From the NCBI GenBank assembly GCA_050014195.1, contig JBEKDT010000001.1, forward strand, positions 149,341 to 213,340: DNA of 64,000 bases, in the 5' to 3' direction. Each line of letters begins with the position of its first letter. The first letter of the stretch is position 1. The position numbers and the translations under genes were made by a program. This stretch comes from Desulfomonilia bacterium (GTDB lineage Bacteria; Desulfobacterota; Desulfomonilia; UBA1062). Below the pieces are notes generated by a model that did no database searches, had not been told where the DNA came from, and saw nothing but the letters and a program-made list of their open reading frames with translations. Of this stretch, positions 36,809-49,164 are shown piece by piece.

Positions 36809-37564
36809 TTATCCGAGATAGCCGAAGTACCAATCGATGAGATACTGGCCCCAGAACACGTAGATCAGCGCCCCAAGCGCCAGGAAGGGCCCGAAGGGGA
36901 TGGCTGCCTTGAGGGTGCCTTTCTTCAGAAGCCCCCATGGGATACCAACCATGGTGCCCATGAGCGAGGAGGCAAACACCGTGAAGAGTACTCCCTGCCA
37001 GCCTGTGAACACACCGATCATTGCAAGCAGTTTCACATCACCGCCCCCCATGCCTTCCTTTTTCGTGAGAAAATAATAGCCATAAATGATTGCCAGGAGC
37101 AGACCGCCGCCTAAGATGAGGCCGATGAGGGCGTCCTTGTAAGTCACGGGCAGCCAGTAGACAACCAGGAGCCCCACCACGATACCGCCAAGCGACAACC
37201 TGTCGGGAATGATCTGTATATCGAGATCAATAAAGGTGATGATAAGCAAGACACAAGCCCAGAGATAATAAATCAGGAAAGTGACGCTCATGCCGAACCG
37301 GTACAGCAGGCTCACTGCAAGCAGGGCGCTTAAGAGCTCCACAACCGGATACCGCACCGATATGGGCTCGGTACAGTACCTGCATCTGCCTTTGAGGATG
37401 AGATAGCTTATGACCGGGATGTTGTCCCAGGGCTTCAGGGCCTTGGTGCATTTTGGACAATGCGATGGCGGCCAGACGATGGATTCCCCTTTCTGGATCC
37501 TGTAGATACAGACATTGAGGAAACTCCCGATAAAGAGCCCGAAGAGTACTACAATAACGACCAT
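36809..37564 (-). CDS. pilD: type IV prepilin peptidase (A24 family)
   Basis: N-terminal Cys motif CPKC...CRYC, multiple TM helices, and the conserved Asp region GGGDVKLL. Confidence 0.85.
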   Translation of the reverse strand: MVVIVVLFGLFIGSFLNVCIYRIQKGESIVWPPSHCPKCTKALKPWDNIPVISYLILKGRCRYCTEPISVRYPVVELLSALLAVSLLYRFGMSVTFLIYYLWACVLLIITFIDLDIQIIPDRLSLGGIVVGLLVVYWLPVTYKDALIGLILGGGLLLAIIYGYYFLTKKEGMGGGDVKLLAMIGVFTGWQGVLFTVFASSLMGTMVGIPWGLLKKGTLKAAIPFGPFLALGALIYVFWGQYLIDWYFGYLG

Positions 37565-37565
37565 A

Positions 37566-37991
37566 TCAACCGATCAGCTCACCCCTCCTGAAACGGAGCA
37601 CCTCACCGTACAGCGTGGAAGAAACCTCAGTCATAATACCTTTGAGCGGGTCGTTATCCGCCATGAACGATGCGGCGTTATCCACCTTGGACTTCATAGT
37701 ATCAAGCTGGTCAACCATGGAAGAGATTGTCTTGAGGTCTACATTTGGATCGGAGACGGCCTTTGAATACGTATCCAAGAGGTCGATGGCCTCCTCGCCG
37801 GTGCTTACCGCACTAAGCTTCTGCGGACTGACCGGAACCGTCTGATACTGGGTTCCAACCGTGCCGGCCTTATTCATAGATCCGGTCTCAAGACCCTTGA
37901 GGACATCCTCAAACGCCCCTTTGGGGCTACTTTGCGGTTTGATCTGCTGCCCTGCAACAGAGCCGATGGTCGTATTCGGATTAATCTTCAT
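37566..37991 (-). CDS. hypothetical protein upstream of pilD
   Basis: 142-aa ORF with a strong RBS GGAGG before the ATG at 37991. No family recognised. Confidence 0.5.
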   Translation of the reverse strand: MKINPNTTIGSVAGQQIKPQSSPKGAFEDVLKGLETGSMNKAGTVGTQYQTVPVSPQKLSAVSTGEEAIDLLDTYSKAVSDPNVDLKTISSMVDQLDTMKSKVDNAASFMADNDPLKGIMTEVSSTLYGEVLRFRRGELIG

Positions 37992-38115
37992 ACTCGCCTC
38001 CTGCACAAATGCTAGCAAGGAGGGTGCCAGCCCCTCTTTCCTCGGTCTTCACCATGCAGACGTAACGTAAATAAGGAACTTTCTTCCACCCCAAAGGGAA
38101 AAATGGTCCATGTCT

Positions 38116-39048
38116 TTACGAAGGAGGGACCAGCCTCTGAATGAAAGCCGAGCGTGCCTTGATGATCTCCTCAATGGGCATCTTGACAAGCTCATGCACA
38201 TATTGGCGCACAGCCCGGCATACTCCATCAATGACCAGCGATGGGTCATTATGCGCCCCGCCTGTGGGTTCTTTGACGAGATAGTCCACAATGCCGTAGC
38301 TGTAGAGGTCGCGACCGCTTCCCCTGAGCGTCTCGGCAGCCTTCTCCTTTTTGGTAGAGTCGCCGTAGAAGATGGAAGAGAAACCCTCAGGGCTGATGGC
38401 GCTGTAAAAGGCATTCTCGAGCATGATGATCCTGTCACCGAAGCCGAGTGCCAACGCACCTCCGGAACCCGCTTCACCTATGATGCAGGCCACCACCGGG
38501 GTCTTTACGCAGGCTACCATCCGGATGCACTGTGCAATGGAAAAAGCCTGGCCCTTGTCTTCCGCCTCTGGTGCTGGATAGGCACCGGGTGTGTCTACAA
38601 AAGTGATCACCGGCCTTTTGAACTTTTCAGCGAGCTTGAACAGCTTGATGGCCTTATAATGACCGGAGGGGCTTGCCATTCCGTAGTGGTAACGGATATA
38701 ATCCTTCTTCCCCTCTGAGCGCTTCTTGTGCCCGATGACCACCACAGGTATATCATCCAGAAATGCGAGACCGCCTAAGACGGCAGGGTCATCTTCATAC
38801 CGGCGATCACCTTTGAGTTCGGTAAAATCACGAAACAGGTGTGCGATGTACTCATCAATGCCGGGCCGGTCGGAATGACGGGAAAGCTCTACACTACTCC
38901 ACCGGGAGATTCCCTCGTAGAGGTCCTTTCTGAAGACCTCCACCTTCCGCTCAATCTCGGCGGTATCGACCCCCTTGAGTCTTGATATGGTCTCCTGAAG
39001 CTCCTTGAGGGCATTATCAATATCAATGAACTTCTCTTTGGATTTCAT
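38116..39048 (-). CDS. accA: acetyl-CoA carboxylase carboxyltransferase alpha subunit
   Basis: Conserved AccA blocks, including GGSGGALA-like AGSGGALAL. Confidence 0.9.
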   Translation of the reverse strand: MKSKEKFIDIDNALKELQETISRLKGVDTAEIERKVEVFRKDLYEGISRWSSVELSRHSDRPGIDEYIAHLFRDFTELKGDRRYEDDPAVLGGLAFLDDIPVVVIGHKKRSEGKKDYIRYHYGMASPSGHYKAIKLFKLAEKFKRPVITFVDTPGAYPAPEAEDKGQAFSIAQCIRMVACVKTPVVACIIGEAGSGGALALGFGDRIIMLENAFYSAISPEGFSSIFYGDSTKKEKAAETLRGSGRDLYSYGIVDYLVKEPTGGAHNDPSLVIDGVCRAVRQYVHELVKMPIEEIIKARSAFIQRLVPPS

Positions 39049-42000
39049 TGGAGTTCCACCCCCTTTGGCCCCACGATCTCGGAAAGTCTTTGGAGAAAAT
39101 CCCTCACCGGGGAGACCATGTAATCCTTGCCCGCATCAATATTCACATACGCACCATCGGTCTCCACCTCAAAACAGATCAAGCACGGACCTTTGCTGGA
39201 GATGATCGTCTCTTTGAGGGTTCTTAAGGCCTCACTCCTCAAGGTGTAAGGTACTCGCACAATCACACGTTTTGCCAGCACCATATCGGCCCCGTCCAGC
39301 GGCATAACCTCTTCGGCGACAAGGTCGAGGGTATGAACGTCGGATTCCGCTCCTCCGTTCTCCTCTTCACGGTTGATCCTTGCCTTGATGATTACGGGCT
39401 CATCCGAGGCGATAAGGGATTGAAACTTGGCGTAACACTGGGGGAAGAAAAGGACCTGGACGGAGCCTTCAAGGTCTTCCAGCACTCCTCTTGCCATGGC
39501 CTCGCCTTTCTTGGTCCTCGAAACATTCAAAGCGCTTAAGACCCCGGCTAGAAAGACCTGCGGGGGTGCGTCCTTGAGGCTCAAGGTTGTGGCCGTGGCA
39601 TACTTGTCGATGAGATCCGCATACTTGTTCAGCGGATGGCCGGAAAGGTAGAATCCCATCCCATCCTTCTCCATCTTGAGCTTCTCAGCCTCAGGCCAGT
39701 CAGGGATGTCGTGCAATACAAGGGGTTTGCTGATATCTTCGGTTGCGAATTCCTCAAGGCTGAACAAACTGCCCTGGGCATCTTGCTTGTTGCGGGCTAA
39801 CCGTTGAGCCTGGTCCAGCAGTACATCGAGCATCTCGGACATGGCCCTGCGGTTTTTGTGCATCTTGTCGAATGAACCGGCCTTGATGAGTGACTCAACC
39901 ACGCGTCTGTTCACCTTGGACAGTGCGATCCTGTTAAGGAACGATGCAATGTCCTTAAAAGCCCCCCCTGAGATACGCTCGGCAAGGATCGCCTCCACTG
40001 CACCCTTGCCCACGTTCTTTATGGCCCCCAGGCCGAAGCGGATGCCGTCTTTTGTGACCACGAACTCGAAGCTGCTCTCGTTGATATCGGGAGGCAATAC
40101 GGCTACATTGCGCTTCCTGCATTCGGCAATGTGCTGTGAGACCTTGTCCGTGTTGTTCAGGTCCAGCGTCAGGTTTGCAGCCATAAATTCCTTGAAGTGG
40201 TGCGCCTTCAGGTAGGCGGTCTGGTAGGCCACCAGAGCATATGCGGCTGCATGTGACTTATTGAACCCATAATCGGCAAACTTCTCCATGAGGTCGAAGA
40301 TCTCGCCGGCCTTTTCCTTATCCACACCCCTTTCCACCGACCCGTCCATGAAGATCTGGCGCTGCTTTGCCATCTCTTCGCGTATCTTCTTGCCCATGGC
40401 ACGCCTTAACAGGTCGGCCTTGCCCAGGGTGTAACCGGCCATCTCCTGTGCGATCTGCATGACCTGCTCCTGGTAGACGATGATGCCATAGGTCTCCTTG
40501 AGGATCCTTTCCAGCAAAGGATGGGGAAAGTCGATGGCCTGCCTTTCGTGTCTGCGGTCGACATAGGAGGGGATGAGGTCCATGGGTCCGGGCCTGTAAA
40601 GGGCCACTGCTGCGATGATATCCTCGAACTTGTCAGGCTTGAGCTGTCTGAGCATGCCCTTCATCCCGGAGCTTTCAAGCTGGAATACGCTGGAGGTATC
40701 GCCGTCTCCGATGAGCTGGTAGGTAAGTTTGTCATCCAGGGGTAGTCCTGAGATGTCAAGGTCAATACCCTCTGAGCGCAGCATCTCAACTGTCTTGGCG
40801 ATGACCGTGAGCGTCTTCAAGCCCAGCATATCAAACTTGATGAGCCCGACCCGCTCGATGCGCTTCATGTCGTACTGGCTGATGAGCATGCCCTTCTTGT
40901 CGACATATACCGGTACGTGGTCGGTAAGCGGCCTGTCATCCGATATGATGACACCACCCGCATGCACCGAGGCGTGCCTGCTCAAGCCTTCCAGGGCCTT
41001 GGCTATTTCAATGAGCTGATTCACCGAAGGGTCGGTCTCCACGAGCTCCTTCAGGCGCGGTTCGGCCATTACGGCCTGATCGAGGGTGATATTCAGGTCG
41101 TTCGGGATGAGCTTGGCGATCTTGTCGACCTCTGCATAGCCCATTCCCATGGCCCTGCCCACATCCCTGATGACAGCCTTTGCCTTCATGTTGCCGAATG
41201 TTGTGATCTGGCTCACGAACTCGGCTCCATACCGGTTCTTGACGTATTCGATCACCTCATCTCTTCGGTTCTGGCAGAAATCCACATCGATATCGGGCAT
41301 GCTCCTGCGCTCAGGGTTTAAGAACCGCTCGAATAGAAGGTTCCACCTTATGGGGTCGATGTCGGTTATCTTCAGACTGTAGGCCACCAAAGACCCGGCA
41401 GCACTTCCTCGGCCGGGGCCTACGGGGATGTCGTGCCCCTTGGCATACTGGATATAATCAGCAACGATTAAGAAGTAGCCCGCAAACCCCATGGACTTTA
41501 TGATCTCAAGCTCTTCTGAGAGCCTCCTTGCATAGTCCTCGGGGATATCGTCCCCCATCCTAGCCTTCAGTCCCTCCCAGGATTTATCCTCGATGACCTG
41601 CTCCAGGCTCTTGCCTGTGCCGACGGGATAAACCGGAAAACAATAGACATCTTTGGGGATCTCCACATTGCAGAGCCCGGCGATATCGGAGGTGACACCC
41701 ACTGCCTCAGGTATCCAGCCAAAGTCCCTCACCATCTCATCGGGGCTCTTGAGATAGAGCTGGTCGCTTTCAAAGGTCATCCGTCCCTTGTCATGGATGG
41801 TGTTCTGGGTCTGTATACACAGGAGCACCTCGTGGGCCTTGGCATCCCCGGACTTCAGGTAGTGGCAATCATTGGTGGCCGCCACAGGGGTTCCGGTACG
41901 TTTTCCCAAGTCCACAATAAGCGGATTCACCTTATCCTGGTCGGGCAGGGCATTGTGCTGGATCTCAAGATAGAAACGCCCTTCAAAGGTCTTACGATAA

Positions 42001-42482
42001 AAATCAAGGGCCTCGTGTGCCCTTTCCTCATTGTCCCGGAGCAGCCAGTAGGGGACCTCTCCCTGGAGACATGCGGAGAGACCGATAAGGCCCTTGCTCA
42101 GCTCCGCAAGCACCTTCCTGTCAACCCTGGGCTTGTAGTAGAAGCCCTTGGTATGGGCCAACGAGGTGAGCTTCATGAGGTTGCGGTAGCCCTCATTATC
42201 CTTGGCAAGGAGGATGAGGTGATAATGTTTTGGCAGCCCGGGGATGACATCTCTGCTCTCCATGTCTCCCGGGCTGACGTAGATCTCGCAGCCGATAATG
42301 GGTTTTATGCCCGCTTTAATGGCCTTGTCGTAAAACTCCAAGGCCCCGTACATGACACCGTGGTCGGTAATGGCCACTGCATCCTGGCCGAACGCCTTGG
42401 TGGCCTTGATAAGGTCGTCGATACGGATGGCCCCGTCCAAAAGACTGTACTGGGTATGGCAATGGAGATGGACGAAACCCAT
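39045..42482 (-). CDS. dnaE: DNA polymerase III alpha subunit
   Basis: PHP domain start MGFVHLHCHTQYSLLDGA, plus polymerase core and OB regions. Start set at 42482; the track start at 42620 would overlap guaB. Confidence 0.9.
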   Translation of the reverse strand: MGFVHLHCHTQYSLLDGAIRIDDLIKATKAFGQDAVAITDHGVMYGALEFYDKAIKAGIKPIIGCEIYVSPGDMESRDVIPGLPKHYHLILLAKDNEGYRNLMKLTSLAHTKGFYYKPRVDRKVLAELSKGLIGLSACLQGEVPYWLLRDNEERAHEALDFYRKTFEGRFYLEIQHNALPDQDKVNPLIVDLGKRTGTPVAATNDCHYLKSGDAKAHEVLLCIQTQNTIHDKGRMTFESDQLYLKSPDEMVRDFGWIPEAVGVTSDIAGLCNVEIPKDVYCFPVYPVGTGKSLEQVIEDKSWEGLKARMGDDIPEDYARRLSEELEIIKSMGFAGYFLIVADYIQYAKGHDIPVGPGRGSAAGSLVAYSLKITDIDPIRWNLLFERFLNPERRSMPDIDVDFCQNRRDEVIEYVKNRYGAEFVSQITTFGNMKAKAVIRDVGRAMGMGYAEVDKIAKLIPNDLNITLDQAVMAEPRLKELVETDPSVNQLIEIAKALEGLSRHASVHAGGVIISDDRPLTDHVPVYVDKKGMLISQYDMKRIERVGLIKFDMLGLKTLTVIAKTVEMLRSEGIDLDISGLPLDDKLTYQLIGDGDTSSVFQLESSGMKGMLRQLKPDKFEDIIAAVALYRPGPMDLIPSYVDRRHERQAIDFPHPLLERILKETYGIIVYQEQVMQIAQEMAGYTLGKADLLRRAMGKKIREEMAKQRQIFMDGSVERGVDKEKAGEIFDLMEKFADYGFNKSHAAAYALVAYQTAYLKAHHFKEFMAANLTLDLNNTDKVSQHIAECRKRNVAVLPPDINESSFEFVVTKDGIRFGLGAIKNVGKGAVEAILAERISGGAFKDIASFLNRIALSKVNRRVVESLIKAGSFDKMHKNRRAMSEMLDVLLDQAQRLARNKQDAQGSLFSLEEFATEDISKPLVLHDIPDWPEAEKLKMEKDGMGFYLSGHPLNKYADLIDKYATATTLSLKDAPPQVFLAGVLSALNVSRTKKGEAMARGVLEDLEGSVQVLFFPQCYAKFQSLIASDEPVIIKARINREEENGGAESDVHTLDLVAEEVMPLDGADMVLAKRVIVRVPYTLRSEALRTLKETIISSKGPCLICFEVETDGAYVNIDAGKDYMVSPVRDFLQRLSEIVGPKGVELQ

Positions 42483-42490
42483 CTTAATTC

Positions 42491-43969
<1,479 letters not shown>

Positions 43970-44845
43970 TTACTGGATGCTGTAATCAAGGCGAACAGGC
44001 CGCCCCATGCCTAAGCCCTGAGTAAGATCTCCTCTCAAAGGCAACGGTATAACATTCCACGGAAGGACCTTTTTGAGTAGTTCCCAGATTCCTTCATGCG
44101 TTTCAGGCCGGACAATGCGGGGCTCACCTACTATGTGCCCCCTTTTCTTTGCCTCATCCACGGCATCATCAAGACCGCCGATTTTGTCAACAAGCCCTAT
44201 GGCACGCGCCTGTCTGCCCGTGAACACCCTGCCGTCGGCAAGCCGGCGTACCGTCTCGACCTTCAGTTTCCTGCCCGATGATACCGCCTCGATGAACTGC
44301 AAATGAACATCGTCCACAAGGGCTTTGAAATAGGCCTTCTCCTGTTCGGACATGGGCTTGAAGGGTGACCCGGCATCCTTCAGCGTGCCGGCCGTAATGC
44401 TGTTTGGAGTAATACCAAGCCTTTTCAGTCCCTCACTCGCATCGAAGAACTCCATGATTACTCCGATGCTGCCGGTCATGGTGCCCGGCAGGGCATAGAT
44501 GGTGTCCGCTGCGCAGGCAATGTAGTATGCACCCGATGCGCCCAGCGCACCGAAAGACGCTATAACGGGCTTTTTCTTCTTGAGCTTCAGCAATGCGCTG
44601 TAGACCTCCTGGGATGGACCTACCTTGCCGCCCGGGCTGTCAAGACGTACCACAACCGCCTTGATCTTATCGTCATCCGTGAACTGCTTGATGGCATCCA
44701 GGTAGGGCATCGAATCGGTGATAACGCCATCCACCTCGATAATACCAATGGCAGGTTTCATGGATGTCTTGACGGCACTACCTCCCCAGGCAATTGCAAC
44801 AACGGCAATCACGATTAAGAGTATCCACTTGGTTCTTCGTTTCAT
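43970..44845 (-). CDS. sppA: signal peptide peptidase SppA (36K type)
   Basis: Signal anchor, then catalytic region SFGALGASGAYY. Confidence 0.85.
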   Translation of the reverse strand: MKRRTKWILLIVIAVVAIAWGGSAVKTSMKPAIGIIEVDGVITDSMPYLDAIKQFTDDDKIKAVVVRLDSPGGKVGPSQEVYSALLKLKKKKPVIASFGALGASGAYYIACAADTIYALPGTMTGSIGVIMEFFDASEGLKRLGITPNSITAGTLKDAGSPFKPMSEQEKAYFKALVDDVHLQFIEAVSSGRKLKVETVRRLADGRVFTGRQARAIGLVDKIGGLDDAVDEAKKRGHIVGEPRIVRPETHEGIWELLKKVLPWNVIPLPLRGDLTQGLGMGRPVRLDYSIQ

Positions 44846-45025
44846 GGCGTTAGCGGTTTCGAACTCCGGGTTTAAAGCACCTAATGCGGTGAAACAATAC
44901 CTGCAACAGAGTATATAGAAGAACTTTTCCGTTGTCCATATACTTGGGACACTGTGTCGGTGCTAAATACTGTAAGGGATACCCCTTGGTCCGAGGTACT
45001 CCCCTTTATCGACTTTTAATGTTGC

Positions 45026-46810
45026 CTAGCTCTTCTGCTTGGTCTCACGCAGACCTTTGAGCAGATCACCAAGGTTGGTGCCCACCTTATTATCGGATGG
45101 CTTGCTTTCCTGAACAGGTGCAGCCTTTCGGTGGTGCGCCTCATCAATGGCCTTGATGGAAAGCCCGATCTTCTTGTTCTCCGGACTGATCCTCAAGACT
45201 ACTGCGTCCACCTCTTGGCCGACTTCAAGTACCTCTGCCAATGAATCGATCTTGTCACTACTGACCTCGGAGATATGGATCATGCCCTCTATGCCCGGCT
45301 TGATCTCGACAAATGCGCCGAAATCGGTCAGAGAAGTGATCTTCCCCTTAATGATGCTGCCCACCGGATGCTCGAGAGCGATCTGATGCCATGGATCGGG
45401 CTGGAGTTGTTTAATGCCCAAAGAGAATTTTTCGTTCTCAGGGTCGATGGCCAGGACCTTGGCCTTGATCACATCGCCCTTTTTATAAAGCTCACGGGGG
45501 TTCTTCACCTTGGGGTCCCAGGTAAGGTCGGATACATGGATGAGACCGTCAACGTCAATGGTATCATCTATGCTCACAAACAGCCCGAAGTCAGTGACAT
45601 TCTTCACTGTGGCATCTACGACGGTGCCTTCAGGATAAAACTCCTGGATCTGTCTCCATGGATTGGGCATGGTCTGCTTGAGTCCAAGTGAGATGCGGCG
45701 GCCAGGCTGATCCACACCCAGAACGACCACATCCACACTCTGTCCTTCATCGAGTACCGAAGACGGGTGCCTCATGCGCTTGGTCCAGAACATCTCAGAG
45801 ATATGAACGAGCCCCTCGACCCCCTCTTCTACCTCTACGAATGCGCCATAATTGGTAACCGAGGTCACCTTGCCGTTGATCTTCTTACCTATGGGATACC
45901 GGTACTCCAATCCTTCCCAGGGATCTGTCGTGAGCTGTTTGAGGCCCAGCGAAATCTTTTCAGTGGCCGGATCAAATTCAAGCACCTTAACCTTAATATC
46001 CTGACCGGAAGCAACCTTTTCTTTCGGGTCCTTAAGCTTGCCCCATGACATGTCGGTGATGTGTAGAAGGCCGTCGATGCCCCCGATATCAACAAAAGCA
46101 CCATAGCTCATGATGTTCTTGACCCTGCCGGTTACCACATTACCTTTGGCCAACGTTGTGAGCAGGTGCTTTTTGTTTTCTTCTCTCTGTTTTTCCAAGA
46201 CCTCCCGGTGGCTTACCACCACGTTGTTTTTCTTACGGTTGAATTTGATGATAGCCACGTCGATTGCCTGGCCGATCATCTTTTCAAGGTCGGTCTCGCT
46301 CACGGGATTGACCGTGGCCTGGGAGCTCGGCAGGAAAGCACTCAGCCCGATGTCTACGATAAGGCCACCCTTGATCCTCTCCGTCACTTTTCCCCTGAGA
46401 TATGAATTATCCTGATAGGCCTTGACGATATCATCCCAGATCTTCAGCCGTTTGGCCTTCTCCTTGGAGAGTCTTATCACACCTCTGGATGCGTTTATGC
46501 TCTCAACAAGAACCTCGACTTCCTGGCCCACGGCAGTGGTGATCTCCCCGTCATCTCCGATAAACTCGTTTATAGGTGCCTGTCCGTCTATCTTTCTCCC
46601 GATATCGATCATGATATGGTCCGTGCCGATCTGAACTACCGTGCCCGTCACCACTGATCCGGGTGTTATACGCTTATCAAATGTCCCCTCATACAGGGCC
46701 TCAAAATTGGTGCTCTCAGCCTCATGGTTCTCCGGCTTGGTTTCTGCAAGATCCTCCTTTGTTGAATCGGTGTTCTCGTGCTCATTTTTAGTTTCGTCTA
46801 CACTATACAT
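45026..46810 (-). CDS. rpsA: 30S ribosomal protein S1
   Basis: Six tandem S1 domains. Start at MYSVDE with RBS GGGGGAAGG. Confidence 0.9.
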   Translation of the reverse strand: MYSVDETKNEHENTDSTKEDLAETKPENHEAESTNFEALYEGTFDKRITPGSVVTGTVVQIGTDHIMIDIGRKIDGQAPINEFIGDDGEITTAVGQEVEVLVESINASRGVIRLSKEKAKRLKIWDDIVKAYQDNSYLRGKVTERIKGGLIVDIGLSAFLPSSQATVNPVSETDLEKMIGQAIDVAIIKFNRKKNNVVVSHREVLEKQREENKKHLLTTLAKGNVVTGRVKNIMSYGAFVDIGGIDGLLHITDMSWGKLKDPKEKVASGQDIKVKVLEFDPATEKISLGLKQLTTDPWEGLEYRYPIGKKINGKVTSVTNYGAFVEVEEGVEGLVHISEMFWTKRMRHPSSVLDEGQSVDVVVLGVDQPGRRISLGLKQTMPNPWRQIQEFYPEGTVVDATVKNVTDFGLFVSIDDTIDVDGLIHVSDLTWDPKVKNPRELYKKGDVIKAKVLAIDPENEKFSLGIKQLQPDPWHQIALEHPVGSIIKGKITSLTDFGAFVEIKPGIEGMIHISEVSSDKIDSLAEVLEVGQEVDAVVLRISPENKKIGLSIKAIDEAHHRKAAPVQESKPSDNKVGTNLGDLLKGLRETKQKS

Positions 46811-47072
46811 GGTTTCCTTCCCCCCATCCGTCGTTCCGTATTCCTGTTTAAGTTGCGTTCCTATACAATAGAGGCCGGTAAAACACAAGATCATAATGGG
46901 TGCTCTGAAAACCTCTCATGACAAGGATTCCCGAGATATCTAACCTCTTGATTTCGTGTCTCGATACTCCACTCATACGAAGGTTAGATCTATGGCACAG
47001 ATCAGGTAAGGCACATTACCCATTTTCTAAAGATCAATTACCAAGAAGGGTTTTAAAGGACTGGTCTCTTTT

Positions 47073-47495
47073 TTAGTCGAGAGGGTTCTTCTTTTTTAAT
47101 AGGGATGGGTCTTTGAGGGCCTTTTCAAGCTCGGAAAAGATGCTGCTCTTGTCACCTTTTTTCGCCAGTGAATCCTCAATACCCTTAAGGCGGGACTCCT
47201 GTTTTGTCTTGAACTGTGAGATCTCTTCTTCCATTCTGGGAGCCTCTAAGGTCCGAGGGAGCTCCTCGAGTTTGGTGTGATCCCGTACGGAGAACCGGAC
47301 CTCTCCACCGCTGATGATGACATCGATAGCCCCTATGTCTTCGAGCTTCCTGGATATGCGTGAGAGTTCCTCTTCTGAAACCTGAAGGAATTCCTTTAAA
47401 CCCTTCAGCGAGGGGGGCTGATGGTGGAGGTGCTCGAACACCCTGGTAGCTGCTATGAAGAGATGCGCCTGGCTATAGATATCGCCTGGTAACAT
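47073..47495 (-). CDS. hypothetical protein
   Basis: ORF only; start chosen at the internal ATG. Confidence 0.4.
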   Translation of the reverse strand: MLPGDIYSQAHLFIAATRVFEHLHHQPPSLKGLKEFLQVSEEELSRISRKLEDIGAIDVIISGGEVRFSVRDHTKLEELPRTLEAPRMEEEISQFKTKQESRLKGIEDSLAKKGDKSSIFSELEKALKDPSLLKKKNPLD

Positions 47496-47618
47496 AATGG
47501 TTACTGTAATCCAAAGGCTCGTCCCATGCAACTAACATTCAAGAATATCCTTGACTTCTCCGATACAAGAAAACAAAGATACTATGCCTGAATTGAAGAA
47601 ATCAAAGGAGGACCCGCT

Positions 47619-48623
47619 TTGAAAAAATATGCACTAATTGTGATGGGCCTTTTTTTGTTTCTTGGCTTGATCAGTCCATGCCCGGCAGATGAGATAAAGC
47701 ACACCGTCATAAAGGGGGACACCCTGTGGGACATCTCCATGAAATATCTGAAGACGCCGTGGAAGTGGCCCCTTGTCTGGGCAAATAACCAGGACATTAC
47801 CAATCCACATCTTATTTACCCCGGGGATATTGTGATCATCACAAAAGACGGCGACAAGACTATCATTAAGATCATCCCATCTCCTGATCGTGGCGGTAAG
47901 GAAACAAAAATGACAATCTATACCCCGGAAGAAGCTGCTGCGGTTAAAGAGAAATCTTTATTGATTTCACCGCAGTATGCAACCTACATCTACAGCCCTA
48001 ACATCCTGACCGGTTCCGGAACGATACTTAAGAAGATCGAGGGGGGAGAGCTTATCTCTCAAAACGATCACATCGTTATCAAGACGACCTCGGAGCTGAA
48101 ACCGGATCAAGCGATCACCATTGTCTCTAAGATACAGGATATTACAAAAGAAGGCGAACCGGCAGGGTATCTCTATAAGGCGGTAGCCACAGCTGTAGTG
48201 GAAGACGTACAGTCTGATATTGTAAAGTCCCGCCTCATATACTCCCTTCAAGAAGCCAAGGTAGGCGATGTGATCTTCGATGACCTTGCCCCTGTCAGGC
48301 CATTGATGCTGACTATATCCCAGCCGACTTTAAATGCTCCGGCAAAGGTTATTGACTTCCATGGCGGCACATCAGGCAGCAGCACCAACAACCTGGTCTT
48401 CCTGGATGCCGGGAAAAACCAGGGGGTGGACAAGGGATCAATCCTGAATATAACAAAGCCGACAAAGTTCGATGAGGAAGGGAAAAGGGAACAAGTGGCG
48501 ATATTCCATGAATATATCGGCATGGCACTCGTGCTTCAGACCCTTGATAACAGCTCCATGGGCCTTCTGGTCGAATCCAGGGCCCAGATAGAAAAAGGGT
48601 ACACGGTAACGGGCAAGAAATAA
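47619..48623 (+). CDS. secreted LysM-domain protein
   Basis: Signal peptide, then the LysM motif HTVIKGDTLWDISMKY. Confidence 0.75.
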   Translation: MKKYALIVMGLFLFLGLISPCPADEIKHTVIKGDTLWDISMKYLKTPWKWPLVWANNQDITNPHLIYPGDIVIITKDGDKTIIKIIPSPDRGGKETKMTIYTPEEAAAVKEKSLLISPQYATYIYSPNILTGSGTILKKIEGGELISQNDHIVIKTTSELKPDQAITIVSKIQDITKEGEPAGYLYKAVATAVVEDVQSDIVKSRLIYSLQEAKVGDVIFDDLAPVRPLMLTISQPTLNAPAKVIDFHGGTSGSSTNNLVFLDAGKNQGVDKGSILNITKPTKFDEEGKREQVAIFHEYIGMALVLQTLDNSSMGLLVESRAQIEKGYTVTGKK

Positions 48624-48658
48624 CCGCCTCTGGGCTTTAAACAATACAGGAAATTTGA

Positions 48659-48961
48659 TTAAACGCTCCGGTAGGATAAAATGTTGTTGAGCCCTTTTTC
48701 GTCAGTGCTCGTAAACATGACGGCCATGCCCGAGCGGGTCTTCCAGATGACATGCCCCTGCACCCAAATGACCTTGCCGAACTCTTCGGCATCAATACTG
48801 GCGATCACATATCCGTCCACATTGGGGATGTCCCAGGTTTGGACATACATGCCGCTCTTGCTGATGTCGTAAACCTTGCCAACCTTATAAGCATGGGCAT
48901 TGTCACGATAGGCGACCTTCATATTCACTCTGATACGTTTATGTGTTCTTTGATCCTGCAT
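48659..48961 (-). CDS. PilZ-domain c-di-GMP binding protein
   Basis: RxxxR (QRTHKRIR) and DxSxxG (DISKSGM) motifs. Confidence 0.75.
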   Translation of the reverse strand: MQDQRTHKRIRVNMKVAYRDNAHAYKVGKVYDISKSGMYVQTWDIPNVDGYVIASIDAEEFGKVIWVQGHVIWKTRSGMAVMFTSTDEKGLNNILSYRSV

Positions 48962-49164
48962 AACTTTTAAAGACCCTTCACATATAAATCATTAAATCAA
49001 TTGTAGGGTTATACGATGGGAAATGTCTCGCTTTTTCGTGTTAATTAAATATCTTACACAAATCTCACGAAAAAGTCCATACCCTTTATAATCCTGGAGA
49101 TGATGGCATTAAGCGCGCCAACACTACATTGACACCCCTGCCACGATACGTTATAGATCAGACC

